A stretch of 64,000 nt of DNA from Phyllobates terribilis. Its lineage: Eukaryota. Each line of letters opens with the position of its first letter. Positions within the stretch are counted from its first letter, which is position 1. Both the position numbers and the translations under genes were made by a program. This document shows positions 23,433 to 37,524 of this stretch, piece by piece. The stretch covers positions 158,596,001-158,660,000 of the forward strand of contig NW_027362768.1 of NCBI RefSeq assembly GCF_046119375.1. Direction: 5' to 3'. The notes under the pieces are model-generated. The model saw only the letters and a list, made by a program, of their open reading frames with translations, made no database searches and had not been told where the DNA came from.

Positions 23433-26400
23433 ATGATGACTCTGAAGATCCCGGTGATCGACGTTCACAATGATAACTTTGGCGAGCTCTGGCCGTCCAT
23501 GTTACTGGCGTTGAAGACGTCTACATTTATCGCGGTGGACACTGTAAGTGACACGTCAGCCCACAGCACACTCCATCGTTTTAGTTATGGTGGTGAAATT
23601 AGGATGGTAACTGAGGATACAGTCGTCTGATTCGCCCCTGAATTCACAGAAAACGACTGATGAGCAGCTGACAGACACGTCTGGTGGTGACAGATTATCT
23701 CTTTGGAAAACTAAAGATTTGGGCATGTTGAATTTCAACAGCCTGATCCTTTCCCACATCGAGTCAGGATACACATTACATTACGGTCACATGACTGGAG
23801 AATCCTCACAGTGCACAGTGTGAGGATTCACAAGTCTGCAGTCACTTATGACTAAGTATGCGATATGCAAACTCCCGGCCACAATCCGACTAGATGGTTC
23901 TGTCTTGTTTAATACACCTGCATCAAGCGAAGCCGCTCTATATAGCCGGAGAGCAGCCAGGAGTATGTATATCACATTCGGTCACATGACCGGAGAATCC
24001 TCACAATGTGAGGATTCAGAAGTCTGCAGTCACGTTGAGTCTCTGCAGACTTGAGGTTTTAGACCGGTCAGCTGATCCCTCCATAGAGAGCAGGGTATAA
24101 CTCCATGCCTCTCATCTGTCTTATCCAGTGGGACAGTCATTGATTGGGAGCTGCCTCGAGATGTCGGTGGTTTTGTCGTGACTTCAACTGTATCCATGTC
24201 CTACAATACAATGGTGGAACATGGAGTCGCCAGTCCTTGCTCTGCCATTCAGTCTGGGTAATTGCTGAATGCTATGCAGGGACCTCCTGTTATGTGACTC
24301 GACAGCAGAAGCGGCTCAGTGGCAGAGATACGGAGCTTGTGAGGGTGAATTTACTGGCAGGAGGATTATAGTGTGGTGTGTACAGCACATGGGAGCTGTG
24401 GGAGCATCGTACAGAGTGCAGTATCGTAGTGCATGGTGACACTAAGGGGCTTCACGAGAAGCAATATTTATGTGTAGGTTCATATGAAGAACTGCTTGCC
24501 ATTAGGGGAATGGTTTAGCTTAAAAAAATGCTGCATTTCTTGTTCTTTCCTTTCTTTCAAAGTTGGGAGGCTTGATTACTGTATGAGCAGCTGAAGAACT
24601 TTAGGCTATGTGCACACGGCGCGTTTTTGATGCGGTAAATACACTCTGAATTGGCCCCAAAAACGCATTGCAAATTTTTTCCCAGCATTTCCTATGAGCT
24701 TTTACAAGCTCTGTGCACATGATCAGGATTTTTCTTTACAGAATTTCATGTGCGGAAAAAGAAGCAGCATGTCCATTCTTTGTGCGTTTTTGCCTGCGTT
24801 TTTCCTATACAATGATGGATTGGAAAAAACACATAGCAAATCCGCAGGCAAAAAAACGTGTATCAAAACCGCACAGAATTTCCGCAGCGTTTTTGCTGCC
24901 AAGAGGTGCACAACCTTGCAGAAATTTCTGCAAGCAAATCCTGAACATGTGCACATAACCTTAGAGCAGGACAAAATTTCATCTTTTGGAAGGAAATGAT
25001 GACTAATGACAGCAAGCTGAGTTCCTGGAAAAAAAAAGAGAAATTAAAACAAAGTCTCCTGGTGTGTAACAATGTGTTTGTCTTCCTTTCTTGCAGGAAC
25101 TGAGCGGCCTGGGATCCCGAAGAAGTTTACTGAACCAGTAAGTGATATTTACCCTGAGATAGCGGATGTTCTGTAAAATACAGAAAAATCTCCAGTAAAT
25201 ATCAGACTGCTCTGTATTGGATTGAAGGCATTTTCCTCTTTATAAAGCCTCCGAATTGTTGACATCTCCATGCAGGACAAGTCTGTGCGGATAAATAAAC
25301 TTATATATGTGAAAGGCATGTCTGTTAAGTATAACTTGGTGTTGCTTTCTTGTAGGTGCGTTGAGGAGCGGTACAAAGCAATATGCCAGGCTGCACGGAC
25401 ACGATCCATACTGTCCCTGGGGATCGCCTGCTTCAAAACTCTCCCAGCAAAGGTAAATCCTCCCAGCAACACAGAGTATTATAGGAGAGTTGTGGGCAGA
25501 TCTTGTGAGTGTTATATAGTGGAAGGAGCAGGGTGCCCAGCACAACAGAGAGTTTCAGGAGAGAAGTGTGCTGATCTGGTGGAAGTTTACAGACCGAGGG
25601 AAAACAAAAAAAAACAAACAAGAACAGGATCACCAGCAGCACAGAGTATTTTAGGCGAGAAGAGTGCTGATCTTATAAGTAACATCTTGAGATGAACAGG
25701 GTTCCCAGCGCTACAGAGAGTTTCAAGGGACAAGTGTGCTGACCTTGTGGGACGTCACATACTGAGGATTACGTAGGGGATTGAGCAGGATCCCCCAGCA
25801 ACACAGAGTATTTTAGGAGAGCAGTGTGATGATGTTTTACCATTTCATACAAATGAGCACTGAAGATAATGAAATGTGCTGCAGTTTATATTTGGGGTCT
25901 GAATAAGATAAATAAATAATATATGAAATTGACTAATAATTTAGGGCTTGAGAGTCTACTGAGGGCAACGGTCCAGAGTTCACATTGAATTTGGGTCTTA
26001 ATTCGTATTATATAAGAGCTTGAATGCCCAGCAGCACAGAGTATTTTTAAAGAGAAGTGTTTTGATCTCGTGAGCAGTCACCGACTGAAAGTCACTTAGT
26101 GGTGGAGGAAGCAGCGCAGAGGATTTCAGCTATTGTGTAGGATTGTGGTGCAGTTGTTGTTGTGCATGTTGACACCATTGCTGTACTATACAGGGGGAGG
26201 ACACCTACCTGTCTCAGATCTACAATCTGACCCTGCTGTGTATGGAGGATTACACCATAGAACCTCAGTCCGTCCAGTTCCTGGTCCAGCACGGCTTTGA
26301 CTTCAATAAGCAATATTCCCAGGGGATCCCTTACTACAAGGGCAACGACAGGGTAACACTTTATACCAGTGTACTTCTAGATTAGAATACTGACTGAAGG

Positions 26401-29400
26401 TAAATGCTCTCCAATCTATATAAACATTTTGCCTCGTTTTCTTTCTGTTCAGGATGACGATCGCCATCTCCAGAGCGTCCGCACTCTCTTCCTGGAGCTT
26501 CTCCGGGCCCGGAAGCCGCTCGTCCTGCACAACGGCCTCATAGACTTGGCTTTCCTTTATCAGTGCTTCTACGCTCATCTCCCCGACAAAATGATGAACT
26601 TTATCGCAGACCTGTCGGAAATGTTCCCAGCTGGAGTCTATGACACCAAATACGCCTCGGAGTTTGAGACTCGCTTCACGGCTTCATATCTGGAATACGC
26701 TTATAAAAAATGGTGAGTGCTGGGTAGATCCTGTAATCCAGAATCTGATAGTCAGGATGGTCTGTCTGATATTAGCGAATTCTTACAGTATAATCCATTT
26801 TTTTAGAGCACTTTTTAGAAGATGTATCTGGGTGTTTTCTGATTTATAGTAATATTTTATAAGTAGAATATAATGTCAGTTGCTCTATTTTCCAGATTCC
26901 TACTTGCTGTCAGTGAATTGAAACATTCATGAATAAATAAACTGTCCTGCTCACTGATATGAGGGTTTGTTACAGTGTATCAGTGCAGGTAAAAGCTGAA
27001 GTCCTGCTGTGTTTTAGTCAACAGAGGATCGTTTACACTGATACATTGTAACAAACCCGCAGCAGTGAGAGCAGGTCTCAGTCATTCATTGTTCATTTCT
27101 CTTCCAGTATACGTGAGAATGGCAGACTGATGGATGCCAGCAGCGGACACTTGGACGTAGAGTTCTGTCACTACCCGGCCGCCATGTCGGCGTATATAGA
27201 TTACCGCGTGTGCTCCCTACCGGACCCAGTAGCTTCAGATTTTGGCACTGACGCTCCTCACATCTGTGAGAGGTTTTCCGTAAGTGCATTAATAGAAAGA
27301 AACTTAAAGGGTCATTCCAGCCTTCATAGATGGATATTGTCGGGTAATTCTTGTAAAAACAAGCTCTTTTGCAATTTACTGCTTACTAAGGGTTAGTGCC
27401 CACGATGCAGATTTGTTGCAGAACGTTTTTGCCTCTCTGGCAGAAAAAAACGCATGCAGATTTACATGCTTTTTTTTTTTTATGCTAGGGAGAATGTTTT
27501 TACATGTGTTTTTTTCAAGCGATTTTAAGCATCACTTGGAAAAGTGCTTGACAAGTTGGTCACACAATATAAATCCATGCAACCGGCATTTATTTATATT
27601 GTGTGACCAACTTAGATGCTTAAAATGCTGCATCTATAGTAAAAAAAAATAAAAAAATTAAAACGTTAATAAAAAAAAAAACCTGTATACTCACCTCTCC
27701 GGTCTCCTCCCGGCGGCGATCCTCTCTCCTCGGCGTCCCGTGGTGTACTGGCAGGACCTGCGGTGACGTCATTTAGTCAGCTAATGGTCACGCGACCATC
27801 ACCTGACCGCTGACGTCCGCAGTCGTGTGACCATCAGCTGACTAAATGACGTCACCGCAGGTCCTGCCAGTACACCACGGGACGCCGAGGAGAGAGGATC
27901 GCCGCCGGGAGGAGACCGGAGAGGTGAATATACAGGGTTTTTTTTATGTATAACTTTTTTATTTCTTTTTTTCACCGCGTGGTAGCCGGGATGAAGAGGA
28001 GTTGTAGTCTCCTCTTCATCCAGGGTACTACACGCACCGCGATTACGCCACAAATTTGTGGCCATTGAATTTAATTGAAACACAGCAAATCCACATATAC
28101 CTGCGGGTTTGCTGCGTTTCAATGTTCCTCGATGGCTGCGAATTTGCAGCGTAATCGCGGTAGAAATGGTCATGCTGCGTTTTGTAACGAAATGTGAATT
28201 CGGCGTGCAAATTAGCGCATCATGTGCACAGCACATCCGAATTCACATTGCTTTGCACGGCAGACGGTTTTACTAGCGTTTTCGCGGCCGTAGAAACTCT
28301 GCAAAAACGCTACAAGAACCCTACGTGGGCACATGGCCTTAGAGTAGCAGCTGTTCTTGAGTTATTAACACTTTTCTTTTGTTTTACATCTTGTTGTCTA
28401 GGAGACCGACCACCTTGTAAGCGCTGCTGTGAAGAATACAATAAAGAAGAGCTTGTGAGAACTGAGCAATTTCTACGGTCTAGCAGCAGTGGTCTGTCTC
28501 CAAGGCAACAAGCTGTAAACAAAAGAATTTTTATCGCAATAACAGCGGAAAATTTTAAAAACCAGTAAATTGCAAAATTGATTATATTTACAAGCACAAC
28601 GCAACAATGATCACTTATGATTTTTGTCTTTTGTATATGCTTTATTGTCGGCTGTCATGGATTTAATTTATCAGTCATTTCAGGCTAGGAGCCAAAATGA
28701 CTGGTGAAATCTGCCGGTATTGACTGGTTCGGCCGACAGTCTATTTTTATTTGTGTAGTTTACTCGCTTATTACTCTACATAAAACATTACTTATATTAA
28801 TTCTTATTTAAAAAAAAACTAGAAAAACAGAAGATAAAATAGTAGAAATAATATAGTTGATTGCTGTACCCAGATTGGTGAAAAATACTGCTTGTGGGCA
28901 CCCTACTCAATGTACACTCACCATAATAAGCCCTATATGTATAGATGCAATTGATAACCACTGGCTTATATAGATAACGGATCACATTACCAACATCAAT
29001 GGTCAGATTACCTTATATAGGCCAAAAAATGCCTTATTGAAGGCCCTAGGTGAAGCAATAAAGGGGACCATAAATTGCCCATACATGCAGGGGTGTTACA
29101 TAAAAGCTTATACTCATAGGCCTGAAGTGTCTCATTAGAGACAAGCTCATATTCAGTTTGCCATAAATATGAGCAATATCATGTCGGAGTTAATTTGCCT
29201 AATGTACACACTCACTCTCTTTCTCTATGGAACTCTTTAATTTACATATCAATGGAAGGTATTTACATATTATTCCCCAGAATTACTCATAAACAGAAGC
29301 AAAGTATTCCCATAGATGACATAGGCCAGTATCCCTTCTATCACCAGTGTAGTGTATTTGCTTATCACTATAGTTTATCAATTTGTGGAAATTAAAATAA

Positions 29401-30926
29401 ACAAAACATTGAGATAAAGAAACAAACGATGCATTTCCCTGTTTAGATAATGATGGAGCACAAGATGCCACCTTTGCCAACACCCATCTGGGTCAGTGGG
29501 CTAATAGGCTGAAAATATCAAATAAGCCCACATTCACACGCTCAGTATTTGGTCAGTATTTTACATCAGTATTTGTAAGCCAAAACCAGGAGTGGGTGAT
29601 AAATACAGAAGTGGTGACGTTTCTACTATACTTTCCCTATGATTGTTCCACTCCTGATTTTGGCTTCCAAATACTGCTGTAAAATACTGAACATGTGAAC
29701 GTGGGCTAAAACCGGTACTGAGTAGTGGATAGATGATTGCATGGATCCTAAAGCAGATAAGGATTGTAGGAAAACTGTTATGAGAGAAGGAGGCGGCAGA
29801 GGGGCTGCAGCGATTTAGGGGAGACTGACTGACATAGAAAGCAACCAAATTGAAGTTGACAATTTAAACCCATTGGTTTGACATTATTCATCCTGTAAAT
29901 CCATTTTGCTTCTTTTTGTAGGATCTTCCAGTCTCGACCACCTCTCCTCACTGATGGTGTAACTACTTCTAACACACTAAAATCAAAATCCCCCCCTTCC
30001 CCATGTTATCGTATGCATTGATAATGTCACCAATATGGTCCCCACTCACCTCCTAAGCGCTCGTTTGGTTTTGCCAATATAATCAGAGGGACAGATACAT
30101 GTTTAATTAGTAAACTACTGCAGTACGACACTTAGCAAAGTGCATTTCTAGCCCTTCCTGTGGCCATCCTCTAATGTATGTGCATCTGCCACATCTGAAG
30201 ATGCCTTTATCTTGTCTGATTTATTTATTTTTTTCCTCTAAGGCCTATGGCTGGTGTCCCAATGGGATAAAGTGCCCACAGTCCCACAATATCGACCTGA
30301 TCATCGAGGAGGATGAGAAATGTAGAGAGGAAAAAAAGAGAAAACGACGGAAGAGAAAGAAAGTGACTGCAGTGGTGGCACCTGTGGAGATGGAAACTGA
30401 GCCCCCCAGTAAGAAAAGTCCAGGGGTCTCTCATAAAACTAGTGATACGGAACAGGGAGAGATGGGGGTATCAGAATCTACTGTGACTAATAATGTGGAT
30501 GGTCAAATGGATGAAGACCAAGATGGTGCCAAGATCATCCCAGGGAGTGTGCCCTCAGACATGTGCCAACACCCAGGTGGTTCTGAGACCACCCAACCTC
30601 TGAGAGACAAGGCCACCCCATTATTGCAGGACTCTACCAACAACCATGGAGCCGTCACCAAGTTGACACCACCGCCATCATCTGAGTCAGGGACTCACAG
30701 AGCCGGGTTTGATGCTTTCATGACAGGTTACATCATGGCCTATGTGTGGATGCTGAAGAAGGAGAAGGGCTCAGACTCCTCAGCCTCCTGTTCCCTCCCA
30801 AACTGTCTAAATAAAATATATTTAAGTGGGAAAAATGTTCCCCTGCAGATCGTCAAGAGCGTCTTCTCCAAGTCATCCCGAGCTCACGTGCAGAAGATGA
30901 GGCTGATCTCAAGCGTCAGCTCCTGA
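23433..30926 (+). CDS. TOE1: Target of EGR1 protein 1, DEDD deadenylase/snRNA 3' exonuclease (7 coding exons, 1524 nt, 507 aa)
   Basis: Exons 23433-23543, 25097-25137, 25356-25452, 26194-26352, 26453-26712, 27108-27279, 30243-30926, all GT-AG with consistent phase. CAF1-family motifs [21 protein letters not shown] and [11 protein letters not shown]; CCCH finger C-x8-C-x5-C-x3-H; basic [13 protein letters not shown]. Confidence 0.96.
24604..24960. mobile_element. Harbinger-type MITE in a TOE1 intron
   Basis: TTA-GGCTATGTGCACAC ... ATGTGCACATAACC-TTA. Confidence 0.8.
27390..28338. mobile_element. Harbinger-type non-autonomous element with a long central palindrome, TOE1 last intron
   Basis: TAA-GGGTTAGTGCCCACG ... 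CGTGGGCACATGGCC-TTA; near-perfect inverted arms of about 120 bp spanning 27672-27945. Confidence 0.78.
29526..29706. mobile_element. Harbinger-type MITE, same family as 16758-16895
   Basis: TAA-GCCCACATTCACACGCTCAGTATT ... AATACTGAACATGTGAACGTGGGC-TAA. Confidence 0.85.
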
Positions 30927-31362
30927 GAAGGCTGGCACAACCTTGGGGGACGACACCGTGCCCCATGTAGAGGTGATCCGGCAGCACTTACTGGTAAACG
31001 CCTTTTTTTTTCTCGCTGAGGTTGGATCTACCTAGATCGACCATCAGAACTCCTAGGAGCTCATCATTCCACTTTATCAGGCTCCTGAATAGCAGACATG
31101 AGACGTAAAGGCGGTCTACTCATATCTGCAGTGCAGGAATCTGCAAAAGTTGATTTGTAATATAAATTGTTTAGATTTTGCAACACATTTCAGTTTTCTG
31201 GATAGAGAGTTCAGTGTAGAGGATTGAGGTTCTATTGTCTGTCACAGATATATCTGCAACGTATTATTATTTATAATACATATATAATTTTTTTCCCAGT
31301 TTTATTTTTTTTTTTAGATATAATGAAACTGGGAAATACAGTGTGTATGTATGTGTGTGTGT

Positions 31363-31395
<33 letters not shown>

Positions 31396-31890
31396 TATTG
31401 CACTTTCATACACAAACTTGATTATCCAAGGCTAGATCCCATGTCTAGTTATATATCTAGTATAGGTTGTTGAAGAAAGTGGATTTGCATATACAGACAA
31501 CCCTCCATTCTTTACACCACAGGATGCAGAATAGAGACAAGGTGTATAATCAGGATTTTTTTTTTTTTTTTTTAATGTTCGTGTCCCTTGAAGTGATGTC
31601 TCTCAGCCTAAACTCACTTTCCTGATGGCCGGGCCTACACGGCACCTTTGACCATGACGCTAAAGATCGATGACTTTTTTAAAAAAAAAATAATTTGTTT
31701 TCTCCTGTGTTGACTTTAAGGTGAAAAGCTGCAAAGTGTCACCAAATGAGCATCTTTTCTCTATGATGGTAAAGTCTAAGGATTGTGGGTTGTTTTTTTT
31801 AAGTGGCTCGGACAATATGGCTGCCTGCAGCTCCGCTTCTCATTTGACGTTTCAAAGAGATTTGTAAATTCATTTATTTTATTTAAAAAA

Positions 31891-31912
31891 AATAAAATCT
31901 GTAAATAATAAA
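31891..31912 (+). terminator. Candidate TOE1 polyadenylation signals
   Basis: AATAAA at 31891-31896 and 31907-31912, about 1 kb after the stop. Confidence 0.5.
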
Positions 31913-33407
31913 AAAGGTGAAATTATCGGGTTTCCTTTTTAGATTGCAGTATCGCAATGTTCCAGCACATCATAATGTATCTGTGATCATAACACGTGAG
32001 TCTCAAGGTCAACCTGCCAGATATCCCACAGCCGGTCATGTTGTAACCACATTTATTTACATTATCGTATATAAATGGAGCACTGCGATCACCAGATGTC
32101 CGTCGTATCCAAAGTTACCAATTATTACCAACCCTAGCCTAATACTTCTTGCATCCTGTCCACTAGTTTTACATTGATGCCCTATCAGTGTATGATCTAC
32201 CTATTGAATGGTAGGTGGATGTGCAGTACACCATGGCAGCCACTACCACTTGACGGCGGAGCCCCGCAGGTGAGCACTTCCGGCCGGTGGCTGCTGCCAG
32301 CAGCAATGACAGCTGATTGGCGGGGGTGCCGCGTGCGGGACCCCAGCCAATCATACATTGATATCCTATCCTACGGATAGGATAGAGTTACAATTAGAAC
32401 TTCTGCTATGGGGCTCCATTATTTCCATATAAGCCCCTGTCCGTGAGGAAATAACCAATGCTCCGGTCATGTGATCTGACTCTTAAGATCTGTTTATTAA
32501 GATGTACTTTGTTCCTGGTACAACACCTTTAAGATTGATTCAATATGAAAAATGTCATCATTAGATTTGATAAGGAAAAACTTCCTCAATTGTAGATATT
32601 TTTCTAAATATCGAGGTTGGCCGGTGACTTTGTCCGAGCTTAATTTTGTCCCTCTGTATTTTCATTCGAAATCCCTGATTTAAAGGGACCGGACTCTTTA
32701 CAGTCGATCATTTATAAGAGGACACAAACTCTGGAGTGAATGTTGATCATAAATGCAATCTTGGTTACTCAAAATACAAAAAAAACTTAATTTTTTTTTA
32801 TGAGATATTAAACACAGTACCATTTACATTGCATTGAAAAAAAATTCTCTACTTCTAACACTTTTCATTCACTGATGGCAAGCAGAGATTTTTAAAAAGA
32901 CTGCAATGTTACCCATTTAACAAGTTGAGACAAAGTGCTTATAAAAACTAGAAACTCTGTAATTTACCCTATTAAAAAAAAAAAAAAATTACTTTCCTTT
33001 CTCAAGAATGGAGGAATTTTTAAGTTTATAGTTTACTGCTCGCTGCCTAGGTTACCAGCCACCTCTGCAGTCTATTAGAAGTGGTCTGTTTCCAAGGCAA
33101 GGAGTGCAGCGCTTACAAGCTCTTTGCTATACAACTTGCAGAAGCAACTCTGAAAGTGGATCCAGCCAATGTCTGTGCCCCTGTGACGCAGTTCAGATCA
33201 GGATTCTAGGAGGCTCCTTAAGAAGTTTAGTTAATCCTGAGGCAAAACACTTTTCCTGACAGTCCTGTTTACACCGGTGATGAACTTTTTACTGGATATA
33301 ACAAAGTCCAGACCAGTTGTTCTCTAGGCCCATATATTGTAGAAGCCGCTTGATGAAAACATGACATATTCCCATTCACCTAGACATCTTAAAAATGATA
33401 CATTTAA

Positions 33408-36170
33408 CCCCTTTACCCCCGAGGGTGGTTTGCACGTTAATGACCAGGCCAATTTTTTCAATTCTGACCACTGTCACTTTATGATGTAATAACTCTAGAA
33501 CGCTTCAATGGATTCCCCTGATTCTGAGATTGTTTTTTCGTGACATATTGTACTTCATGATTGTGGTAACATTTCTTCGATAGCACTTGCGTTTATTTGT
33601 GAAAAAATTGGAAATCTGGGAAAAATGTAGCAATTTTGCAATTTTCAAACTTTGAATTTTCATGCCCTTAAATCAGAGATATGACACACAAAATAGTTAA
33701 TAAATAACATTTCCCACATGTCTACTTCACATCAGCACAATTTTGGAACATTTTTTTTTTTTAAGCTATAAGGGTTAAAAGTTGACCAGCGACTTCTCAT
33801 TTTTCCAACAAAATTTACAAAACTATTTTTTTAGGGACCACATCACATTTGAAGTGACATTGAGGGGCCTTTATGATGGAAAATACCCAAAAGTGACACC
33901 ATTCTAAAAACTGCACCCCTCAAGGTGCTCAAAACCACATTCAAGAACTTTATTAACCCTTCAGGTGCTGCACAAGAATTTTTGGAATGTGGAAGAAAAC
34001 AATGAACATTTAATTTTTTTCACAAACATATTACTTTAGACCCAAATTTTTTTATTTTCGCAGGGGTAACAAGAAAAAATGAACTGCAAAATTTGTTGTG
34101 CAATTTCTCCTGAGCACGCAGATACCCCATATGTGGGGGAAAAACACTGTTTGGGTGCATGACAGGCCTTGGAAAGGAAGGAGAACTGTGTGACTTTCTG
34201 CATGGCTGGAATTGAGAGCGGACGCCATGTCGCGTTTGGAGAGCCCCGGATGTGCCTAAATATTGGAAACCCCCCACAAGTGACCCCATTTTGGAAACTA
34301 CACCTCTCAAGGATATCATCAAGTGGTATAGTGAACATTTTGAACCCAGAGGTACGACACAGAATTTGATAACATTAGGTCATCATATTAAATAAGTTGT
34401 CATTACTCTTGAGCGCAAGTGCTCGCTGCTTGAGTTTGCATCAGGTACTCAGGTAAGCACCATGTATCACGGGTGCTCAAGTGACATGCTCGAGTCCCCG
34501 CCTGCATGTTTCACGGTTATTAGACATCCAAAAAAAACCATGGGGGGGATTGCTCATGTATGGCAGGCAGTCTCGTGTTTTTTTTTGGCTGTATAACAGC
34601 TGCGAAACATATGGGGGGAGACTCGAGCATGTCACTCGAGCACCCGCGATACTCGGTGCATACCCAAGCACCTGATGCAAACTTAAGTAGCGAGCACTTG
34701 CGCTCAACACTAGTCGCCATATAGTCTTTTTTTTTTCTTTTGAAAAAAAAAATCCCAACACAACCCTATTCTTATTCCGAGGGATCCATTCACTATAATG
34801 AGGCAGCAGAGTTACTCTGGACTCCGTCTGGCCTCTGTTAAGCGGTGTCCTTTTTTTCCCCAAGGTTCATAAAACTGTGGCCGACAACACTTTTATGCAG
34901 GCCTAATAAAACCGCTGACACCGTGGGATCACAGGCCAGACGGCATCCACAGTGCCTCCATCTGCCTCATCACTGGAAATCTTCTGCCGGGGTTTGTCTG
35001 AATCACGTATTTCAGAGATTTATACGGGAACCCCGGTATAAGCGCTCAGCGTAGAGTGCAGGATAAATGTGAGCAGAGCCTTACTGCGATCTTTGGGAGG
35101 CACAATGAACAAATCAGCAGCAGGTGAAGAATTGATTTGTTATTTTTTACGCCGTTCCTCGTGTGGTATAAGCGATTAAACGACTTTATTCTTCGGGTCG
35201 GTGCGATTACAGCGATACCTGATTCATATCGGGTTTTTATGTTTGGCTGCTGTCACACACTAAAAGACTTTTTTTTTTTGCAAAGACTAGTTTTTCCATA
35301 TTTTGGCCGACAGTCATGTGACGACTTGTTTTTTGCGGGACAAGTTGACGTTTTTATTGGTGCCATTTTTGGACACGTGACATTTTTTGATCACTTTCTA
35401 TTTCAATTTTTGGGAGGCAGAATAAACAAAAACAGCAATTCAGGAATAGGTTGTTTTTTTTTGCCGTTCCACGTGTGGTAAAATTGATAAGGCAGCGTTA
35501 TTCTTCAGGTCAGTACGTTTACAGCGATACCACAATTATATTGTTTTTGCTTTTTTTTTTTTTTTTATGTTTTGGCGCTTTTACACAGTAAAAACTTTTA
35601 AAGAAATTTTTTTTTAAAAAAATCGCTTTATTCTGAGAGCTATAACTTTTTTATTTTTCGGCTGATGGAGCTGTATGGCGGCTTGTTTTTTGCAGGACAA
35701 GATGACGTTTTCAGCGGTACCATTTTTATTTACATTTTGATCGAGTTTTATTCCGCTTTTTGTAGTATGATAAAGCACCATTTTTTGCCTCGTTTTTTTT
35801 TTTTTTTTACTGTGTTCACTAAAGGGGTTAACTAGTGGAACAGTTTTTACTGCACACGATTTAACTAACTTGCTTGGGCCTGGTGACCTAGATGTCGTCA
35901 TGATGACATCGGGTCACCATGACAAAGATTGGGACCCTGCGCTGACAGTGCGGGGTCTCCGATCCAAATTACCTGTCTTACCTCTGCCTGCTCCCGAAAT
36001 GCTGCGATCGACTCAGATTGCAGCATTTCAGGGGTTAATGTGTTGGGAGCTCCAGCTGACACCCGGTGGCGATCGTACAGAGGCTGGTCGGGCGTGATTG
36101 TCGAGGCGTAATAATACGTACCTCGTCATTAAGGCCCAGGGCACAGGGACATATTATTACGCCTCACATT
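33408..36170. mobile_element. Large non-autonomous TTAA element (piggyBac-like CCC terminus); right boundary uncertain
   Basis: TTAA-CCCCTTT start at 33404-33414; GGGGTTAA at 35824-35831 and 36031-36038; no coding capacity; carries nested MITEs. Confidence 0.5.
34404..34712. mobile_element. Nested foldback MITE (possibly hAT-derived)
   Basis: TTGAGCGCAAGTGCTCGCTGCTTGAGTTTGCATCAGGT / ACCTGATGCAAACTTAAGTAGCGAGCACTTGCGCTCAA. Confidence 0.75.
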
Positions 36171-36171
36171 A

Positions 36172-36600
36172 TAAAGGGGTTGTCTACCTTTCAGGACTAT
36201 TTACTTTTTTTTTTTTTTTACTTTACATAAATGCTTGTAATTTGGGCTAAAAATATTTTTTGCAATTGGGTTCCATTAAATATTTTGCACCATTTGCTTT
36301 CAATAGCCTCCGTGTTGCAATGTCTATTGCTGGCTGCAGCATGAGTTAACTGAGTATCCAGCAGTGAGCTCGCTACGACCTCTGACGGGGAGGTTGCAAT
36401 TCTTATCTGTTTTTGACTGCGCTCATCTCGGCTGATTTATGACCACAAACCATATCTAGGTTGAATGTTTTGAGAAACCAAATGCCTGTAAAAGCCAAAC
36501 AGGGCAAAATTTGTAATGAAACCCAATTACAAAAATATTTTTTTAGCCTCAAATACATGCATTTAGGTAAAAACAAAAAAAAAAAAGCAAAGTCCCCAAC
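36172..36600. mobile_element. Degenerate foldback MITE
   Basis: Inverted arms at ~36222-36288 and ~36504-36572 (GGCTAAAAATATTTTTTGCAATTGGGTT / AACCCAATTACAAAAATATTTTTTTAGCC); related sequence at ~6395-6720. Confidence 0.6.
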
Positions 36601-37524
36601 AGTGGAACTCGCCATCCATTGAAAGGTACAGCGCAATTTTCAGCGCTGTAAATGACGCTGCACAGACTCGCACAGGACTGCTACAGACGGTTTAATCTGA
36701 AAGATAAATGAGAAAATTACATCTACAAAACAAATAAAACGTCAATGGATTAATTTCTTTTCCTCTTTGGTTCCTCGTTACAGACATCATATATACAGAG
36801 AGCACTGACGGGCAGAACCACAGCGTATAAATTACACATGGAGGAAACCTCGCCTCCGGCGGCGGCAGTGTCATGAGCGCGAACATAAGACTTTAATAAA
36901 AACACCTTCATAAATAGAAACAGAAACCGGAGCAGGGAAAACGATTGCATAGAAATGTATCGACGGCAAAATATCATCTTAAGTGCAAAAATAAAACAAA
37001 CAAAAAAATCAGGATTCAAGTGTCTATAAAATCATCTTGTGGGAGAATCTCCTCCGCGCAGGACGTCCCCACCAGACGCCAGTCCATAATATAGCTTATG
37101 CCAAAAGTCGTCTGCCGCAATGGCAAGGAAGAGTCAGTCTAAAGCAGTGAGCTCCAGAGGCTGCAGGCTGTCAGGGCATGCTGGGAGTTGTAGTTTTTCA
37201 ACAGCTGCAGGTCTTTATAGTGTTCAATGAGGCAAAAATAATAATCTGTAATTTTCTAAGGTTCAAAAGAGAAAATGTACAAAAATCTCTTTACAATTGA
37301 TCATTCAAGTTTATTTTTTTTTTACCACTTTCTCAATCGGACTGTGCTCTGTCCGATGATAGAAAACAGGGAGGCGATCGGGGGAATGGATTTATGATTG
37401 GGGGTTCAGCAACGCGAATAATCAGCTACGGATCCATTATAATGTACAGATGGGACAACGGGGGGGGGGGGGGGGGGATATATAAACACTATATATAGGA
37501 TAAATCTCCATAGACAGCAGAGTC

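Noticed and set aside
22305-23630. Long 359-441-aa Pro/Cys/Ala-rich ORFs
   Set aside because: They are translations of the 34-bp intronic minisatellite, open in several frames; only the end coincides with the real TOE1 exon at 23433-23543.
30174-30242. ATG start of the 250-aa ORF 30174-30926
   Set aside because: The first 23 codons are intronic polypyrimidine tract; the true exon starts at 30243 after CTCTAAG.
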